A stretch of DNA of 64,000 bases from positions 2,232,001-2,296,000 of the forward strand of contig OX597817.1 of the NCBI GenBank assembly GCA_951406725.2, given 5' to 3'. Shown in pieces: positions 50,155 through 63,336 of the stretch. Below the pieces are notes generated by a model, which was not told where the DNA came from, did not search any database, and worked only from the letters and a program-made list of their open reading frames with translations. The DNA is from Octopus vulgaris. Its lineage: Eukaryota. The position numbers and the translations under genes are program-made. Each line of letters opens with the position of its first letter. The stretch's first letter is position 1.

Positions 50155-52905
50155 AAACTTAGATAACCTTAGATATGTTTCGACCAAAGATTGGTCCAGG
50201 CCATGTCTAACTTAATAGCACCACCTGATAGGATTATTCGAATCCTGTTTAAGTCAAGTTTTGTTTATGGACCATTCAAGTAGTGAGTTCTTGTTGGGTG
50301 AGTTGTATCCAATTATGGGTGGCTTATCTGGTATTCTTTGAAGGAATCTATCCAGACTCCGTTTAAAGTTGATGGGATCCTGTTCCTCTTTGATCTCTTT
50401 CGGGACAATGTTAAATAGGGCAGGGCCTGTTGAGGAAAAGAAATTATGTTGCAGTGTACATGTATACTGTGCTCTTGAATTGGGCAGGGGACGTATGGCA
50501 CGTGGTCCCAGTCTTGGATGAACCTTGAAGCTAATGTTCAGGTCGTTTGGGCAAAGTTGGCGGTATATTCTCCACATCGTACAAATGATGTACCGCTCAC
50601 AGCGACGCTGGAGAGAGTAAAGTTTCAAGGCTTTAAGGCGATCCCAATAATCGAGAGCAGCCATGCCTTCAATTCGTTTAGTGAGTGCCCTCTGGGGTGA
50701 CTCAATCCTCGAGATGTTTTGTCTCGTATGGGGAGACCACAGTGAGCAGCAGTATTCGAGGTGTGGCCGTACAAAGGAGGAAAAAGTGGTATGATGACAC
50801 CTTGTTCTCTGGACCGGAAAGTTCTTAAGATCCAGGAACTCATCCTACGAGCTATATCGACCTTCTTGTTGATGTGTGCACTCCAACGGAGATCGTCATC
50901 AACAATTACACCCAGGTCTCTGATATTGTTAGAGGCTGTGAGCGGTTCCCCTGAAGGAAGAGAGTATGGCTGTTTTAGTGAGGAATTTCTTCCAAAATGC
51001 ATCAGCTCAAATTTTCCCTCGTTCAGTTGCATTTTGTTTCTGTCTGCCCATTGACTCACAGCATATAGATCAGACTGGAGTTGAGTTCGGTCTGCTTCTT
51101 CATTGACGATTTGCTGGAGCTTAGTGTCATCAGCAAATATTTTCACTTTGCAGTAATGTACGACACTGGAAAGGTCGTTTACGTAAATTATGAAGAGTAG
51201 CGGACCCAAAACAGTTCCCTGGGGAACACCGCTGGTGACTTTTGCTGGGTTTGAGTGGACTCCATCAACTACAACATGTTGTGTTCTATTCGCCAGGAAA
51301 TACTTAATCCAGTGTAGAACTTTTCCACGGATTCCAACATTTGCCAATTTTGAGAGTAGAATGTTGTGGTCTACCCTGTCGAACGCTTTACTGAAGTCAA
51401 GATATATGACGTCAGAGTTCGAACCTGTTCCCAAGGCTTTGAGTACATCTTCAATGTGGTGTAAGAGCTGTGTTAGACAGTCCCTGCCACAGCGAAAGCC
51501 ATGCTGATTTGCATTAAGGAGTTTGTGGGTCTCCAGGAAGTCAGCTATCCTTGATCTTAACACTCTTTCAAACACTTTAATGATGTGGGAGGTGAGTGAG
51601 ATTGGGCGATAGTTGACTGCGAGGGATCTGCTTCCCTGTTTGAAAACCGGGATGACTGACTAGGATAGAAACTGTTTCGGTATATAACCTGCGTCTAACG
51701 AATTTCTCCAGAGGTTGGTCAGAGGGACTGCAAGCTGGTGTCTACATTCCTTCAGGAGACTAGCGGGAAATCTATCAGGGCCTACAGCAGAGTAGTATTT
51801 GACCTCATTTATTGCTGCTACGATGTCAATGGCAGTGAAAGTTATGTCTGAGATTTTATGTTGGGAGTCAACTTCGTTCGCTTCTCTTACGTCAATATCA
51901 GTGGGAACACTAAAGACAGAGCAGTATTGTTTCTGCAGTATTTCTGCCATTTCTTTAGCATCGTGTTGGGGAATGCCGTTATCATCAATCAATGGCCCAA
52001 TGGGTGAGACAGTGGTTCTATGCTTATTTGCATAAGAATAGAACACTTTTGGGTTCTCTTTGATGTTTTTGATTACCCACTGTTCCTCCACAGCTCTTTG
52101 ATTTTCAATGGAGGTTTTCATGTCGGTCTGCAGATGAAGTTTTTCCAGCTTTAGCCTTTTCATTGTTGTTGAATGTGGATGTTGTGTGTGGGAATATTTT
52201 AATTGGTTGATTTTTTTGTTGAGTCTTTTGATGCGCCTGATGAGTGTTTTTTTTCTTTTTAGGGAGCCGGTTTCTGTTTGTGTTAGTAGATTTCGTGGGA
52301 GCGTGTTTAGAGCATGTATAGGTGACAATGTATTCAAAGTGCTGGCATGCGGTCTCAATATGGGTGGAATTGAGAGTAAAAGTCCAGTCGATGAAAGACA
52401 GATCCTTTCTGATTGCTCCCCAGTCCGCTTTGTGGAAGTTTATGTTGTCAAATGGGTGCCATGGAGTGGGATTGGCTGGTTTGGTTTTTATATGTCGGGA
52501 ATTAAAATTGCAGAGTATCATGTCGTGGTCTGAGAGGAGAGTTTTTTCAACTGAAATACTGTTAACGAAGCTAGAGAGATTGGTCAATACCAGATCCAAG
52601 ATCGTTTTATTCTGTCTCGTTGGTTCAAGCACTAGCTGAGTCAGGAAGTATTCATCCATTAGATTAAAGAGCAGTTCTGCTGCTGCTCTATCTGATGTAG
52701 AGCATTTGCCTAACTTCAGAGTATTTGTGGGCCAGTTCACATGAGGGAGGTTAAAATCACCCATCACTAGTATGTTTCCGGAGTGGTACTTCCGAAGGAA
52801 GGACTTGACTTTGCTAAGGCACTCTTCAAAGCACTTTAGAGGTGCTTGGGGAGGCCTGTAAAGACCGACAATGATTATGTCCTTGGCCTTACACACACAC
52901 ATATA
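50155..52905 (-). mobile_element. CR1-group LINE, 5'-truncated, ORF2 (endonuclease + RT) with few lesions
   Basis: EN motifs GLYRPP, MGDFNLP, PTR...LDLVLTN and SDH. RT motifs NYRPISLTS, QHGFR, YLDFSKAFD, GVPQGTVLGPLLF and FADDTKL. The ORF track implies one in-frame stop (51660) and two frameshifts (~52250, ~50770). Short tatctaag tail. Confidence 0.95.
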
Positions 52906-53274
52906 GTTACGGAATGGAATAGATAGGATCCAGGCTACATATGTCTCATAGTGAGCGCAATCTCAGAAGTGGTACATATCCAAGCGAGATGTATACCGCA
53001 GGCTACTCTTCAGGCCAAGGATATCTTGATTACATATTAACGCATGGAAGCTTCAATAAATTCATGTGTTGATATGTACCTCCTTGCGACAATGTAAACT
53101 TTCATTTAATCAAGATATTCTTGTCCCGTAGAATTGCCGGTGGTATACACCACTTCCGAGGTTCTGCTCGTTTTGAAACATATGTAGCCCGGATCTTATC
53201 TACTCCATTCCGTAACTCTTGTATTCTTCTTCGTCTACCATGAAATATAAAAAGAACTTTTTTCAGGTTATACA

Positions 53275-53915
53275 GTTCTGAGGAATTATGTACATTATTT
53301 ACATTCGACGGATATTTGTCCTCATCTTGTTTGTTGTTAACACAACGTTTGGGCTGATATACCTTCTTCAGGTGTCTTGGGGGAAAGGTATTGATTTTGA
53401 TTTTGATTTTTCCAGTTTCAGCTAATGAGCTGTGGCCATGCTGGGGCACCGCCATATTATGATTGTTATTGTTATTATTGTTCAGCTCACTGCTTGGAAT
53501 CGAACTCGGAATCTTGGGGTTAGTAACCCGCGCTCGTAACCACTGCGCCATATACCCGTCAGCAATTATGAAGTGAATTTTAGGGTTTATAAATCTAATA
53601 TTTTTCTATCCTTCCTTAATACCGGTTCCCATATGCTGCTCATATCTGCACTCGGTCTGCTTAGGAGGTTGTTGTGTCCTAGCATACGTGCTGCTTCTTT
53701 TAGTTTTCATATTTTCCAGTGGTGTTCTCCGTCTATTATTTTAACTTCATCCCACAGGGCGAGGTGGTCTCCATTTTTCCATTCATGATCAGCTATACCC
53801 GATTTATCAATATCTCCTCGTGTCACAGTTTGCGATGTTCGTCTACCCTTATTTTGAGGGTGCGGCATGTTTCGCCTTTGTATAACCTACCACAGCTGCA
53901 TGGGATGGAGTACAC
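53275..53915 (-). mobile_element. Penelope-like element 3' end: GIY-YIG, tRNA-like segment and decayed hammerhead
   Basis: VYSIPCSCGRLYKGETCRTLKIRVDEHRK...KSGIADHEW...LWDEVKII...LKEA. tRNA-like segment at 53557-53485. acac-CUGAAGA...caaac-GUU-gugu at 53375-53340. Confidence 0.8.
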
Positions 53916-54294
53916 GCAGCAAATATGCTAGGACACAGCAACCACCTGAGGAAACACAACTGGATCTCATTATGCAAACAAACTGTTGCATAACCAAATA
54001 CTAGGACATTTACGAGAACCACATTGAGTGAAAACAATAACTTCTAACCGTACTCCCTGTCGACTCCAATTTCTTCAATTATATATATATATATATGAAT
54101 CATAGGCAAAGTGAAACTCAGTATTTCTAAAACATAGTCTTCAAATAAAATACACATGTTTCATTAACGAAACTCCTTCATTGGATCACGAATCTTATAC
54201 ATTATCACAAACAGTCACCGATAAACTGGTAAAAATTCTAGTTTTTAGTTAGTGCTTTGTTACTAAAACTTTGGAAAGAGAAGTATTGAGAGTA

Positions 54295-54475
54295 CAGTAA
54301 ACCCTCGCCATATCGCGGTTCACCTACAACGGTTTATTATTTAAGATTACGCCGATTCCTACATGGTGTTGTTTTGCGTTTATAATAAAATAAATATATA
54401 GTACTGTTTCTACTTTGCAGATTTTCACCTATCGTGTGGTGTTTTGGAACGAACGTAACACCAGCGATAGTACTG
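54295..54475. mobile_element. Tigger/pogo-like MITE
   Basis: ta-cagtaaaccctcgccatatcgcg ... gcgatag-tactg-ta. The right TIR is partly deleted, and TA flanks both ends. Confidence 0.65.
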
Positions 54476-56030
54476 TATATTTTATTCATTTTAGAATATG
54501 TCATTCTCTAACGACGCATCTAATGTTTAATCTTCATGTACGTCACTTTTATATTTCATTAGATTATCTTTCCATTTCACTACGTTAAAAAAAGTTTTGA
54601 AGCTATTGCTTTTTATAAACAAAACAAAAGTGCCACCTATAAATTTCATCTGAAGATATATCGAAGGCCAAACATTCCATTAAATTTGTCTAATGAAATA
54701 ATTTCAAGGATACCAAGTGGTAAGTTTTTAATAATATTCGTTCGCATGTCTATATTTTCAATACAAGTTAATGGCAAACTTGTTTGACACTACTGGATAA
54801 TTAATCTTACCTTTTATGTTTGTATTTGATAAAACGTTTTTCGATCAATATATTCTTGGATAACTTCCAGGTCAGCTATTTGCTGAGTTTCAGAAAGTTT
54901 CATATCTAATTTCGCCTTTAAACTCTGCTGCTGTAGAGGTATTATGAAAAAGCTTCTAGTATATTCAAATTCTTTTGAAGGATAAATATAAATTTAGGAA
55001 AAGGACACTAAAAGAGATCAGGAAATAGAATAGAAATTATATAATATTAGTGTCAATACAATTAGATGACAATTTCTTGAATGTCTTGCACAGGGATTGG
55101 GCAGAATACAACAAAAGACTACAAACTGTCAGGAATATCTGTGCATGATCTGTTTGTCTTCTACAAATAGCATTCAAAACTCCTTTAAACTATACTATAC
55201 TACCTTAGAAAAGAATAACACTTCATTAAATGTGGTCCTGGAATTTATGCACAAGAAAGGCTTAAGACTTAATACGAGAGAGACTTGATACTTATGGCAA
55301 GAATATCTTTCGTCAGAAGCTGCTATTTCAGGGCTGACCTGGTGCTGAACATAATAACCTCGGTATCATAAGAACCAGTCTAAGTGAGAAAGTAGATTAG
55401 AGCTAATTTAGTGTAATAAATTAAACTATATACATATCTTACACTATGTGAGTTATTAGAAAGAAATACAATTCTAGCATATGAACCAAAAAATCCCATA
55501 GTTGTTTAGTAAGATTAAGTGTGATTATCGGCTTTATGTGACGATTATAACAATATTACACATATTCATTATTAATTAGCACAGAGGAAGATAAGCAAAC
55601 CACATCTAATATGATATTAAAGAGAGTAAAGTTTTTGCATTACAAAACCAAACAACGTGAAACATAGCCAACATTATCATTGTTGTATATCACTTTCTGT
55701 TCAACTTAGGTTACAATAAATCACAGAATACGAATGCTAATGCCGACAGCATACACGCGCAACTTTCTTCTAAAAGATAATACCAAATTTTCTACTTTTC
55801 CTCGTGAAAGAAGTTAACCTGGTGTCCATTGAATAACGTTAAAGAATTCTCTTTGCCTATCATAAATAAGGATATTGTTTGTACTTATGATAATCTCGTA
55901 CTGTCTTCAAAACTAGTAGGATGTGGAAGGTGCAGTAAATATATAGTTCTTGAATTTATTCTTCATCTCTTTATGAAATAATATACACGCAGCCATATCA
56001 TCACCTGGTACTAAATATATATCTCCACTA

Positions 56031-56400
56031 CATAGGGGTCTATGTAGCTAAATAGCTGAATGTTCTCCCATGCAAGAAGGTTTATAGAGTTATCTCCCTT
56101 CACTAAGTTTCTGGAAGCATCTGTGTCATGAGTCGTGATTCTTAATTATTCAAGAAGCTAGGCGCTTCTCTTGGAAGTTTCTAGAATGTCTAGCGTTCCA
56201 TTAATAAAAACAGCTTGCTAACCCTGCTCTTCGCTTCTTAGTCGATTAGACTTAGAGCCATTCACGTCATTGCTATGTCCGTCTATTTCTCTACGCCACA
56301 TGACTGAAAACCACCAGTTAGCTGTTATTTCTACATTTTCTATCTCTGAACTTTCTTGCAAGGGAGATCATTCAACTATTTAGCTACATGGACCACTACA
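56031..56400. mobile_element. 370 bp element with ~55 bp imperfect terminal inverted repeats (solo-LTR-like or MITE)
   Basis: Left ggtctatgtagctaaatagctgaatgttctcccatgcaagaagg matches the reverse complement of the right end, ggtccatgtagctaaatagttgaatgatctcccttgcaagaaag. The right end is ...ACA. No TSD found. Confidence 0.7.
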
Positions 56401-58069
56401 AGGGCAACGTACACCCATCATCCTCTTCTGTAACATGACCGTCTATAAAACCTCGTGTGTAAGGAACTAATATTGCGACGAATTTAGAGTGCTTTAAGCC
56501 AACAACAATACTACACTAACGTGTCATGGAACATGCCAGCGACTTAAACTACAGTGGCGTAAATGTAGAGAGGTTGTAAAAATCAATTTATACTTATAAA
56601 CAGAATACTCTACAGAATAGCGCATTGAAAAGTCAGGCCATTGCTCGGCTAGTGCATTAATTGTAAATAGTCACGAAAACTTCCGTTAAATTTTGTTTCG
56701 CTATTTCATACTTGACGGTGGTTGTAGGGGGAAACTATTTTCAAAAGACTGGGCAGAATGAGACTTACTTGAATGCTTGATAATACTAAGAACGCAATTT
56801 TATTTATTGTCTTTGTAGCAGGTAAAATAATGTTTAAATATAGAAGTGTATTATCGCCGCAGGGGTATGGAATTATATCGGTCTTCTGGGAAGGTATTTT
56901 AATAAAGACCTTTTTATCATAAATGTAGTAACACAACAAAGGCAGCAGGTGGCAACAAACAAAATTTATCAGGTATTTTGTTGTATTCCTTTACATGATG
57001 AGTTCAAAGCCAACTTGGGTTCGTGTTATGAAAAAGTATTGCGATTGATGTAATCGATTTTCTTTCACAAAATGTATGGGTTTGTGCCAATGTTGATTTT
57101 AAACATGAAAGAAAAGCCACAACTTTGGGTGGATGCATACAGTCAATTAGACTGAGTCTGGTACTTCAATTCTTTTTTTTTTTATTAAAGCGAACCCAAA
57201 GGGATGAAAGTAAATACTGAACTTCGTGAGATTTAAACCAGTACGTTATTAATATGATTTTCATATGGCTGTCAATCTGGGATAGATCGTGGGTTGACTC
57301 AATGCATATTTGACCGGGAAAAAACTGATTGATATAATTGGGAATTTTCTAAGAGACGCAAATATCCATGAGTTTGAAGTCTCACGTATGTTAGGGAGAG
57401 TGAAGGCGTTGATGCATAATCCGAGCATTTGCATATATTGTCTTCAGAAAAATAAAAAAATAGGATGAATAGAAAAGCACTGGGGCCCGTCAGAGATCGT
57501 AAAATAGATTAAATTATACTCTACAGCAATTTGATGCCTTCGTCGTTTGTGTCAAAAGTCTGCTTAGAAATTATACTGTGCGCTCACATATGTATTGTCA
57601 TATCGCAGAATACGGTCTCTGAGACATTTTCAAACGGGTTTTACGTCACGTCCACTTCAGTGGTATTTATGAATGGTGCATTAACTTTCAGAGTATGTAA
57701 GGCCCAACCATGTCATATCTTTAATAGGTTCTTTCTTAAGTAAATATTGTGCAACCAGAGACAATGTACTTATTTCTCCTCCACATACTCTGTAGTTAAG
57801 AAATGTGATCAGCTTCATTGCATGCTTTCAGTTACTTCTGGTACGATGACTTTGAGCATGTACCATAATCATGATCCTTCAGCCCTTGCGTGAGTACATA
57901 CATACACACGTACGCACGCACGCACGCACGCACGCACGCACTCACGCATGCACTCACGCAGCACGCACGTGCACGTACATCTTATTTCTTATCTTTCATC
58001 TTTCACTTGGTCCAGTAATTGGATTGCCTATGTATTTTTGAAGTCCTGGTACTTATTCTGTGAATATAC

Positions 58070-58360
58070 GTGGCTTAGTGGTTAGGGCATGCGGCTCACG
58101 ATCGTAAGGTCGTGAGTTCAATTCCCGGTGATACGTGTCCTTGAGTAAGACGCTATATTTCACTTTGCTCCAGTTCACTTAGCTGATGAAAATGTGTAGT
58201 TATCTCTATGTCAAAGGGCCAACCTTTGAGTCATGCTGAATCTCCTTGAGAACTACGTGAAGGCTATACGTATACGTACATGCACGTTAATTTCATATAC
58301 TGGCTGTTCCATAGATCAGTTCAAATGGAACCCTCGTCGTCGTAACCGACAGACTGCCAT
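58070..58360 (+). mobile_element. tRNA-derived SINE family C
   Basis: A box tggcttagtgg, B box gagttcaattccc, then gtgtccttgagtaagacgct...ttgctccag (CORE/V-like central domain). Confidence 0.75.
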
Positions 58361-59197
58361 TAGTTACTAATTCTTCCAGTCTCTTTTGCAAACCCAATAA
58401 GTTACGGGGACGCAAACACAGACATAAAGAAATACATATTGACAAACACACACACACATACATATTTATATACGACGGGCTTCCACACAGTTTCCGTTTA
58501 CCAAATTCATTCATAAGGCTTTAGTTGGCCAGGGTCTAGAGTCGATGACACATGCCAAAAGTACAGCGCAGTAGGAATGAATCGACATCTCAGTGCTGAT
58601 CATTTTTTGAAATATGATACTTATTCTATCAAGCTCTTTTGGCGAACCGCTAATTTTCGGGAACATAAACGCACCAAATCTGTTTGTGAAGCAGTGAAAG
58701 GGCCAATCACAGGCACAAATAAACTCAGTTATATACCAATACATGCATATGTGTGTATGCGTGTGTGAGTATGTGTGTGTGTGTGTTTGTACGTAGATAT
58801 ATATATACCCACACATATATATCGTCTTCCAAATTCACTCACAAGGGATTGGTCAGGTCAAAGTTATAATAGGCACTTGCTGAAGGCGTTACGCAATGGA
58901 ACTGGACTGGGAAGCATGTAGTTTGTAAGCAGTGAAGCGATGGGATTAGTATTTGTTCAAAATAGCACACTGCATATCTTCCTTAATGTCAGTATACTGC
59001 AGAAAGCCTGGAAATATATATATATATATATATCTCGTATAGACGTATATTGCTTAAAAGCACATCCTGCTTTACTCGAAATGCTGATATACTTTTGTGC
59101 GTTTTAGCACTATACATCAATATAAGATGCTGTCTCAAGATGAGCACCGCAGTTTTCTGGTTTTCTGCAGTAGATCCCCGTTAAGTCATACAGAATG

Positions 59198-59229
<32 letters not shown>

Positions 59230-59230
59230 G

Positions 59231-59263
<33 letters not shown>

Positions 59264-59413
59264 ATATTTCGGAATGGTCATATTGCCAGTTTAGCCAATA
59301 AAAACACACGCACTATATATTTGGTGTTATTTTGCTTCAGTGATATTTATTTTTTACATTAATCTTAATCTTATTTCGGCCAAAGTTCTTTCGTCACACT
59401 CCTGTATTTAAAC

Positions 59414-59466
<53 letters not shown>

Positions 59467-59877
59467 TATATATATATGCATATATATATATGTATATATA
59501 TGCATGTATGTATGTATATATATGTGTGTGTGTGTGTGTACGTAACGTGTGGTGGTAAGCGTGTGTATGAATAATACAGTATATTATAACGTATCACATA
59601 TAGAATTTACATAAACAGGCTATTTTGTGGTGGCGATTCATATCGTATATTCTTAACAAGTGATGTTTTCTGTTTTTATAGATATGCATATTTTTATGCA
59701 TTAATCAAACCCTTTGAAATTGCTTGTTTATATAAACGTCTCAAAACAACAAACCATATTATGACAACATAAGGGAGATCTGATCTGTAAAGAGCTAAAA
59801 CACACACACACACACACACGAGCACATATGTGTGTGTATAAATATATATATATATATATACATGTGTGTGTGTGTCT

Positions 59878-59911
<34 letters not shown>

Positions 59912-60304
59912 GTCTGTGTATATATACATAATTATATACTTGGGGAGATTAGTTAAATGCTACATGAAATATAATACATTTGAGAAGTGGCAAATAAAGT
60001 CGTATAAACATTAAGTAGAAATTATAGAATGTTTAGTAAACAATACCAATGACATACTTCGTCTCTCGTAATCTAATAACTTCTAGTCAAAATCTGTACA
60101 AGGTCATTTTCATATTGAATAGGTTGATAAGGTTTTGTAGGCTTTGAAACTCATAACGTTCGCTCGTCCTGATGTAGTAATGTCGTATGCATCTTTATAG
60201 GCTTCAAAACATGCACACGCACTCAGAAATTCAGTTAAACGCCTACAGATATATATACATGAATACATGCGTACATATAATACATATGCGCGCCATATAT
60301 ATAT

Positions 60305-60367
<63 letters not shown>

Positions 60368-60454
60368 GGGTAAGACCTTCGGTCAACACAAGGTTGTTTT
60401 TATGGAAGACCAGCATGCGCGCGCCATATCCATATATACCTGTGACGTCGCAAC

Positions 60455-60491
<37 letters not shown>

Positions 60492-60639
60492 GAGCATTTT
60501 CTGTTGAGTCTGGAAAAGGTGGTGGGTCAGTGATTGTAACTTGTGCAAGTACTCCGCAACAAATGAGTTTGATGCTATTAACGTTCCGTTTATATCGCTG
60601 CAGTTCAAAGCCTGCAGCAAAGATATAAGTAGAGGTAAT

Positions 60640-62645
60640 TAGGGAAGTATGAAGAGTTTTGTTATCTGCGTCTCTAACTGCGAAGGTGAAACGTTGAAAC
60701 GCCGCTCGTGTCTAGAGTAGAGGTTTGTGAGCCTGGAAAATGTGGAGGATGCTTGTCCAATTCGCCTGTTGATCTCAGGGTCCAGAGAGAGGTTATCAGC
60801 GATGGTAGAGCCGAGATAAGTGAATTGATGGACTACCTCTAGCCTGTAGTAGTTGATAGTGATGGTGGAGTCGTGGTTGACACCTTGACCCATTAATTGG
60901 GTCTTCTTCAGACTGATAGCCTGGTTGAATTCCTGAGAGTTTGTCCACGAGGTACTTCATTTGCTCTTCAGAATGCTCTGTCAGTGCTGCATCGTCTGCA
61001 AACAGCATTTTTCTAACGAGTACCTGACGCATCTTGGATTTTGCTTTCACCCTCGACAGACTAAACAGTTTTACACTTGACCTGAAGTTGATGTAAACAC
61101 CGTCAGTTGATGTCCAAAATGCATGTTTCAGCATGATTGCAAAAAATATGGCAAATAGGGTGGGGGCAAGTACATAGCTCTGTTTCATGCCACTACGTGT
61201 GTTGAAAGCTTCCGAAAAAAAAAGAACCATCAAATTGAACGAATGCCTTTCATGTTTAGGAGGACAGCCAATCTTGGCAAGGATTTTGAACAGGCCGTCT
61301 CTACTGACTAGGTCAAAAGCCTTTGTGAAGTCGATGAAGGTAATAAAGAGTGGTTGTCTCGGTACTTTTTCTGTAGCTGTCGACGGAGGAGCGTTTTGCT
61401 CTGAAACCGCACTGAGATTCGGGGTATATTCTCTCAGCGATTTTCTGTAACCTATTTCGGGCAAAGAACTTCCCTGCGATGCCTAAAAGCGAGATACCTC
61501 GGCAGTTAATGCAGTCGTTTTGCCTCCTTTGTTCTTATATAGGATGACAATATCGCAGTCTCTCACGTCTTGCGGTATTGATTCCTCCTCCAAGAACTGA
61601 TACAGTAGCTTCAGCAAGTGGCTAAGTAGTACTCTCCTTACACATCTGATGATCTCTGGTGCTTTTCCGGTGGACAAGCCATCGATGACTCTGCTCAGTT
61701 CTTCATCAATTGGAAGTGCGTCCAGGTATTCCATGACAGGTAGGTGCTCTACACTGTCTAGTGCACTGACTGAGATGGGTTTTTTTTCTTTGACGTAGAG
61801 TTCGGAATAATGTTTCACTCATTTCTCCAGCTGCTTCCCCTGTTCTGAATTTGAGTGGAGCTAACTTGCTCTGGGTTGGGTCGATGGCTTTCATGATACC
61901 CTCGTTCATTCCACGAATGTTGCCTGTCAAACGACTGTTTGATATCTGCACATAATTGTAACCAGTAATCATTTGTACACCGTTTCACTTTCTTCTGCAT
62001 GTTAGTCTTTGCTGATCTCCATGCGTGCAGTGTTTCCCTGATGGGTTGCTGTTTATGCTTCAGCAGGGTAGCACGCTTCTCCTCCATGGATGTATTGAGT
62101 TCTTTCACATTCGCTTCAAACCAGTCATGTATCATTTTCCTCCTCCCAAAGGCCCATGTATGATGACCTTGAGAGAGTCCAGCATTGCCTTCTGGTGAAT
62201 CTGCAAGAAGAGGATTTTCCAGTGTCTTGAGAAATGTATCTGTCTCAGTTGGTTGTTGGGTTGCAGTAGTACTGATGCGCTGCTTGCCTGGGGACTTGGT
62301 ACAGTGCATCAATTTTGGTTGCAGTTTGAAATTACAGCAAACCAGGCAGTGGCATGTGTCGCCGTCAGCGCTCTGAAAAGATCGAGTCAGGAGAACATTA
62401 TTCAGGTGGTTGCATCTTGTGATAGTCAAATCCAGCTGGTTCAAATGCATTGAGCGAGGGTGACGCCAGGAGACCCTGTGTTGAGCTTTTGGTCTGGAAG
62501 TAGTTGTTGGTGATACAGAGATCAAGCAGCTGCTGCCCATTTTCGTTCATGTTGCCAACCCTGTATCGACCCAGACACCCAGGCCTGTAGTCGTGATCAG
62601 CTCTCACCCTGGCGTTGAAGTTGCCGAGTAGCACCATCTTTTTTG
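60640..62645 (-). mobile_element. RTE (BovB-like) LINE, degraded EN + RT
   Basis: LLGNFNARV...GNMNENGQQLL, SWRHPRS.H..QLD, FIDFTKAFDLVSR, GMKQSYVLAPTLF, MLFADDAAL and FTYLGSTI. Many frameshifts. Confidence 0.9.
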
Positions 62646-63336
62646 CTTTTGAGATTGTATGGATATAACAAGAGTTAAAGAGTGAGTAGTCAACGAAACA
62701 ACTTCGTGCGAGGGAACATTTTTCTGTCGTACATTTAAGGCCATTTCTTTCCTTTCGTTTAAATCGCATAGATTTATAATTAAGCCAGTTGGATCGTTTT
62801 GTACTTTCATTGATTAAATATATATGTATATATGTATGTATGTATGTACGTATGTATGTATGTATGTTTATGCATGTCTCCCCCCACCACTCTCTATTTA
62901 TACAGGTACGTTTATATTGATATATAGGTTATTTTGTTGTGGACAAACCTAAGACTACTTTGTACAAGTTCGTGTTCTGTGTTATACATATATGTTGATT
63001 TGTGTGAGATAAGCCAAGATTAGATATCCAAATTACATTTCTTCGGACGGTCCATCGACCGACTACACACATCAGTAAGTCTTTTAAGAAGAAAATGAAC
63101 TAAGGTGGTTTAAGCAGTGAGCAATAGTGGATGCTTAAGAATTTGAGGGAGGATTTGTGCAGATATACAGTTGTCGGAATAAAGAGATTTGCATCCTAAA
63201 CTGACAGACGATAGAAAACTTTCTACATCACATATACAGCCTTGAGTTTTTCTAGGTTGTATATGTGATGTATATGTTACACTCGCTGACCACAATAACT
63301 ACTGAGGGAAACTGTGCTTAGGGTTGTAATACGCAT

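Noticed and set aside
50177-50205. Hairpin followed by GAAAC as a possible hammerhead
   Set aside because: No CUGANGA core and no stem I. It is better explained as the LINE 3' recognition stem-loop.
50761-52639. Plus-strand ORFs over the CR1 element
   Set aside because: Antisense shadows of the LINE ORF2.
53485-53557. Possible genuine tRNA gene
   Set aside because: A and B boxes and an anticodon-like arm are present, but the acceptor stem pairs poorly and it lies inside a retroelement. Treated as tRNA-derived.
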